Positions 60,501-64,000 of a stretch of DNA of 64,000 bases are shown piece by piece (position 1 is the first letter of the stretch; every line of letters begins with the position of its first letter). Under the pieces are notes generated by a model. That model made no database searches. It was not told where the DNA came from and worked only from the letters and a program-made list of their open reading frames with translations. Where the stretch lies: the NCBI GenBank assembly GCA_040285855.1, contig JAUFOQ010000006.1:744001-808000 (forward strand), read 5' to 3'. Position numbers and translations under genes: made by a program. The DNA comes from Eukaryota sp. GEM-RC1. Lineage: Eukaryota.

Positions 60501-63500
60501 TGCTCAAAATCAATCAATTGACGGTCAACCAAATGCTTCACGTCCAGGATATGTTTCAGGAAAACAGTCTGCTCAAAATCAATCAATTGACGGTCAACCA
60601 AATGCTTCACGTCCAGGATATGTTTCAGGACAACAGTCTGCTCAAAATCAATCAATTGACGGTCAACCAAATGCTTCACGTCCAGGATATGTTTCAGGAC
60701 AACAGTCTGCTCAAAATCAATCAATTGACGGTCAACCAAATGCTTCACGTCCAGGATATGTTTCAGGAAAACAGTCTGCTCAAAATCAATCAATTGACGG
60801 TCAACCAAATGCTTCACGTCCAGGATATGTTTCAGGACAACAGTCTGCTCAAAATCAATCAATTGACGGTCAACCAAATGCTTCACGTCCAGGATATGTT
60901 TCAGGAAAACAGTCTGCTCAAAATCAATCAATTGACGGTCAACCAAATGCTTCACGTCCAGGATATGTTTCAGGAAAACAGTCTGCTCAGAATCAATCAA
61001 TTGACGGTCAACCAAATGCTTCACGTCCAGGATATGTTTCAGGAAAACAGTCTGCTCAAAATCAATCAATTGACGGTCAACCAAATGCTTCACGACCAGG
61101 ATATGTTTCAGGAAAACAGTCTGCTCAAAATCAATCAATTGACGGTCAACCAAATGCTTCACGTCCAGGTTTTGTTTCAGGACAACAGTCTGCTCAAAAT
61201 CAATCAATTGACGGTCAATCAAATACTTCACGTCCAGGATATGTTTCAGGACAACAGTCTGCTCAAAATCAATCAATTGACGGTCAATCTAGTACTTCAC
61301 GTCCAGGATATGTTTCAGGAAAACAGTCTGCTCAAAATCAATCAATTGACGGTCAACCAAATGCTTCACGTCCAGGATATGTTTCAGGAAAACAGTCTGC
61401 TCAAAATCAATCAATTGACGGTCAACCAAATGCTTCACGTCCAGGATATGTTTCAGGAAAACAGTCTGCTCAAAATCAATCAATTGACGGTCAACCAAAT
61501 GCTTCACGTCCAGGATATGTTTCAGGAAAACAGTCTGCTCAAAATCAATCAATTGACGGTCAACCAAATGCTTCACGTCCAGGATATGTTTCAGGACAAC
61601 AGTCTGCTCAAAATCAATCAATTGACGGTCAACCAAATGCTTCACGTCCAGGATATGTTTCAGGAAAACAGTCTGCTCAAAATCAATCAATTGACGGTCA
61701 ACCAAATGCTTCACGTCCAGGATATGTTTCAGGAAAACAGTCTGCTCAAAATCAATCAATTGACGGTCAACCAAATGCTTCACGTCCAGGATATGTTTCA
61801 GGACAACAGTCTGCTCAAAATCAATCAATTGACGGTCAACCAAATGCTTCACGTCCAGGTTTTGTTTCAGGACAACAGTCTGCTCAAAATCAATCAATTG
61901 ACGGTCAACCAAATGCTTCACGTCCAGGATATGTTTCAGGACAACAGTCTGCTCAAAATCAATCAATTGACGGTCAACCAAATGCTTCACGTCCAGGATA
62001 TGTTTCAGGAAAACAGTCTGCTCAAAATCAATCAATTGACGGTCAACCAAATGCTTCACGTCCAGGTTATGTTTCAGGAAAACAGTCTGCTCAAAATCAA
62101 TCAATTGACGGTCAACCAAATGCTTCAATCAAAAGTCGTTTAGGGTCTGTTTCAGGAACATTATCTGCTCAAAATCAATCAATTGACGGTCAACCAAATG
62201 CTTCACGTCCAGGATATGTTTCAGGAAAACAGTCTGCTCAAAATCAATCAATTGACGGTCAACCAAATGCTTCACGTCCAGGTTATGTTTCAGGAAAACA
62301 GTCTGCTCAAAATCAATCAATTGACGGTCAACCAAATGCTTCAATCAAAAGTCGTTTAGGGTCTGTTTCAGGAACATTATCTGCTCAAAATCAATCAATT
62401 GACGGTCAACCAAATGCTTCACGTCCAGGATATGTTTCAGGAAAACAGTCTGCTCAAAATCAATCAATTGACGGTCAACCAAATGCTTCACGTCCAGGAT
62501 ATGTTTCAGGAAAACAGTCTGCTCAAAATCAATCAATTGACGGTCAACCAAATGCTTCACGTCCAGGATATGTTTCAGGAAAACAGTCTGCTCAAAATCA
62601 ATCAATTGACGGTCAACCAAATGCTTCACGTCCAGGATATGTTTCAGGACAACAGTCTGCTCAAAATCAATCAATTGACGGTCAACCAAATGCTTCACGT
62701 CCAGGTTTTGTTTCAGGACAACAGTCTGCTCAAAATCAATCAATTGACGGTCAACCAAATGCTTCACGTCCAGGTTTTGTTTCAGGAAAACAGTCTGCTC
62801 AAAATCAATCAATTGACGGTCAACCAAATGCTTCACGTCCAGGTTTTGTTTCAGGAAAACAGTCTGCTCAAAATCAATCAATTGATGGTCATTCAAATGC
62901 TTCACGTCCAGGATATGTTTCAGGAAAACAGTCTGCTCAAAATCAATCAATTGACGGTCAACCAAATGCTTCACGTCCAGGATATGTTTCAGGAAAACAG
63001 TCTGCTCAAAATCAATCAATTGACGGTCAACCAAATGCTTCACGTCCAGGATATGTTTCAGGAAAACAGTCTGCTCAGAATCAATCAATTGACGGTCAAC
63101 CAAATGCTTCACGTCCAGGATATGTTTCAGGACAACAGTCTGCTCAAAATCAATCAATTGACGGTCAACCAAATGCTTCACGTCCAGGATATGTTTCAGG
63201 AAAACAGTCTGCTCAAAATCAATCAATTGATTGTCAGCAAAATACTTCAGTTAAAAGTCGTCCAGGATCTGTTTCAAGTAAACCGTCTCAAAATCAATCA
63301 ATTGATGGTCAGCAAAATACTTCAGTTAAAAGTCGTCCAGGATCTGTTTCAAGTAAACCGTCTCAAAATCAATCAATTGATGGTCAGCAAAATACTTCGG
63401 TTAAAAGTCGTCCAGGATCTGTTTCAAGTAAACCATCTCAAAATCAATCAATTGATGGTCAGCAAAATGCTTCAGTTAAAAGTCGTCCAGGATCTGTTTC

Positions 63501-64000
63501 AAGTAAACCATCTCAAAATCAATCAATTGATGGTCAGCAAAATGCTTCAGTTAAAAGTCGTCCAGGATCTGTTTCAAGTAAACCATCTCAAAATCAATCA
63601 ATTGATGGTCAGCAAAATGCTTCAGTAAATAAAATCCAATCAGGTTCAATTGGTGGTAAATCTTCCAGTCTGAGTCAGTCAATTACTGGTAAAACGTCAT
63701 CCTTTGCCACTCTTCAAAACAAAATCGCCCTTGAGTTATCAAAAGCCCAGGAACTTCTAGAAGAAATCAACACCACTCGACCCTCCACTTGTACATCTCC
63801 AGTTAACGAAGATGGTAAGAGAAAAGAAGAATCTTCAGGTAGTGAGTTTGAGGAGGTTGTGTTTGATAATCAGGAATATTTACCAAAAGGGTCATTAACT
63901 CAATATTCTCCTTTTAAAAAAATTGAAAAAGTGGAAGTGGTGGAAGATTCGATTGAAGACAAAATTTTAAAAATTGCAAGGTCAAATCGAAATCCCCTTA
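57589..64000 (+). CDS. Giant tandem-repeat protein (>2100 aa, runs off the right edge)
   Basis: Read by hand: MKTISVFYNVPMATDTIF... about 120-aa globular head, acidic linker, QSIDGQPNASRPGYVSG(Q/K)QSAQN repeats, then a unique tail in the same frame with no stop seen. The listed repeat ORFs are alternative frames. Confidence 0.88.
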   Translation, partial: MKTISVFYNVPMATDTIFSQGFHLDAVILNSASADPDTFKPYRCNILCTPNFLEVLPPRSLKNSANNPGTQRFSYHKAMQIIIEEHNPNVVHIVDRDLILLSVEVDPDEAQVFEDAITNFIDQKEELFDVALARKAASQPSSTSGGSLRSKPKVIPEPEDKYKELLPITSRELQPQYVDVDEEEGETLEFSADRKELVEESAEEEEEEVDYEEQLKKFLEKKRERAGDQHQHQSIDGQPNASRPGYVSGQQSAQNQSIDGQPNASRPGYVSGQQSAQNQSIDGQPNASRPGYVSGQQSAQNQSIDGQPNASRPGYVSGQQSAQNQSIDGQPNASRPGYVSGKQSAQNQSIDGQPNASRPGYVSGQQSAQNQSIDGQPNASRPGYVSGKQSAQNQSIDGQPNASRPGYVSGQQSAQNQSIDGQPNASRPGYVSGQQSAQNQSIDGQPNASRPGYVSGKQSAQNQSIDGQPNASRPGYVSGKQSAQNQSIDGQPNASIKSRLGSVSGTLSAQNQSIDGQPNASRPGYVSGKQSAQNQSIDGQPNASRPGYVSGKQSAQNQSIDGQPNASRPGYVSGKQSAQNQSIDGQPNASRPGYVSGQQSAQNQSIDGQPNASRPGFVSGQQSAQNQSIDGQPNASRPGFVSGKQSAQNQSIDGHSNASRPGYVSGKQSAQNQSIDGQPNASRPGYVSGKQSAQNQSIDGQPNASRPGYVSGKQSAQNQSIDGQPNASRPGYVSGQQSAQNQSIDGQPNASRPGYVSGQQSAQNQSIDGQPNASRPGYVSGQQSAQNQSIDGQPNASRPGYVSGQQSAQNQSIDGQPNASRPGYVSGKQSAQNQSIDGQPNASRPGFVSGQQSAQNQSIDGQSSTSRPGYVSGKQSAQNQSIDGQSNASRPGFVSGQQFAQNQSIDGQPNASIKSRLGFISGTLSAQNQSIDGQPNASRPGYVSGKQSAQNQSIDGQPNASRPGYVSGKQSAQNQSIDGQPNASRPGYVSGKQSAQNQSIDGQPNASRPGYVSGQQSAQNQSIDGQPNASRPGYVSGQQSAQNQSIDGQPNASRPGYVSGKQSAQNQSIDGQPNASRPGYVSGQQSAQNQSIDGQPNASRPGYVSGKQSAQNQSIDGQPNASRPGYVSGKQSAQNQSIDGQPNASRPGYVSGKQSAQNQSIDGQPNASRPGYVSGKQSAQNQSIDGQPNASRPGFVSGQQSAQNQSIDGQSNTSRPGYVSGQQSAQNQSIDGQSSTSRPGYVSGKQSAQNQSIDGQPNASRPGYVSGKQSAQNQSIDGQPNASRPGYVSGKQSAQNQSIDGQPNASRPGYVSGKQSAQNQSIDGQPNASRPGYVSGQQSAQNQSIDGQPNASRPGYVSGKQSAQNQSIDGQPNASRPGYVSGKQSAQNQSIDGQPNASRPGYVSGQQSAQNQSIDGQPNASRPGFVSGQQSAQNQSIDGQPNASRPGYVSGQQSAQNQSIDGQPNASRPGYVSGKQSAQNQSIDGQPNASRPGYVSGKQSAQNQSIDGQPNASIKSRLGSVSGTLSAQNQSIDGQPNASRPGYVSGKQSAQNQSIDGQPNASRPGYVSGKQSAQNQSIDGQPNASIKSRLGSVSGTLSAQNQSIDGQPNASRPGYVSGKQSAQNQSIDGQPNASRPGYVSGKQSAQNQSIDGQPNASRPGYVSGKQSAQNQSIDGQPNASRPGYVSGQQSAQNQSIDGQPNASRPGFVSGQQSAQNQSIDGQPNASRPGFVSGKQSAQNQSIDGQPNASRPGFVSGKQSAQNQSIDGHSNASRPGYVSGKQSAQNQSIDGQPNASRPGYVSGKQSAQNQSIDGQPNASRPGYVSGKQSAQNQSIDGQPNASRPGYVSGQQSAQNQSIDGQPNASRPGYVSGKQSAQNQSIDCQQNTSVKSRPGSVSSKPSQNQSIDGQQNTSVKSRPGSVSSKPSQNQSIDGQQNTSVKSRPGSVSSKPSQNQSIDGQQNASVKSRPGSVSSKPSQNQSIDGQQNASVKSRPGSVSSKPSQNQSIDGQQNASVNKIQSGSIGGKSSSLSQSITGKTSSFATLQNKIALELSKAQELLEEINTTRPSTCTSPVNEDGKRKEESSGSEFEEVVFDNQEYLPKGSLTQYSPFKKIEKVEVVEDSIEDKILKIARSNRNPL
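58285..63625 (+). repeat. Coding minisatellite: about 67 x 69 bp, 4 x 78 bp variant units, about 5 x 75 bp terminal units
   Basis: Unit caatcaattgacggtcaaccaaatgcttcacgtccaggatatgtttcagga(c/a)aacagtctgctcaaaat; counts estimated from span. Confidence 0.95.

Noticed and set aside
58285..63625. CRISPR-like array
   Set aside because: Head-to-tail repeats with no unique spacers, coding in frame, no cas genes, eukaryotic context.
58181..63628. Long ORFs INQLTVNQMLHVQDMFQ (+) and KHLVDRQLIDFEQTV (-)
   Set aside because: Shadow frames of the 69-bp repeat. They stop at each variant unit, while the QSIDGQPNASRPGY frame stays open and joins unique flanks.
1..64000. tRNA or rRNA genes
   Set aside because: No convincing cloverleaf, T-loop or rRNA conserved segments seen by eye; a covariance-model search would be needed to exclude them.

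Overview
AT-rich eukaryotic genomic DNA, gene-dense and almost intron-free, from an anaerobic protist. The ADP-forming acetyl-CoA synthetase, a single 29-nt intron and expanded kinase/LRR/Sel1 families suggest a metamonad-like organism (inference). Recognisable genes: a UvrD/PcrA-type helicase, ADP-forming acetyl-CoA synthetase, telomerase reverse transcriptase (TERT), two RING-kinase fusions (one with SPRY, one with Sel1 repeats), a WD40-like protein, HMG-CoA synthase, a stand-alone family A DNA polymerase, a BEACH-WD40-FYVE protein, a 7.5-kb LRR gene, DUF523, p47/Shp1, a Ser/Thr kinase, PIG-F and ZPR1. A >2100-aa ORF built from about 76 tandem 23-26 aa repeats runs off the right edge. Many genes are broken by single-base indels at short homopolymers, most likely long-read consensus errors. 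Intergenic DNA holds five hAT-type elements with TIRs and 7-8 bp TSDs (some nested), plus Tc1/pogo, Mutator and RLE-retrotransposon remnants. The most unexpected signal is a complete virus-type 2A/StopGo motif (WFRDLTIDGDVESNPG|P) in a fragmented Cys/His-rich polyprotein-like region at 45.1-46.5 kb. A two-domain Cys-rich secreted peptide precursor at 7.9-8.4 kb is hidden by a frameshift.
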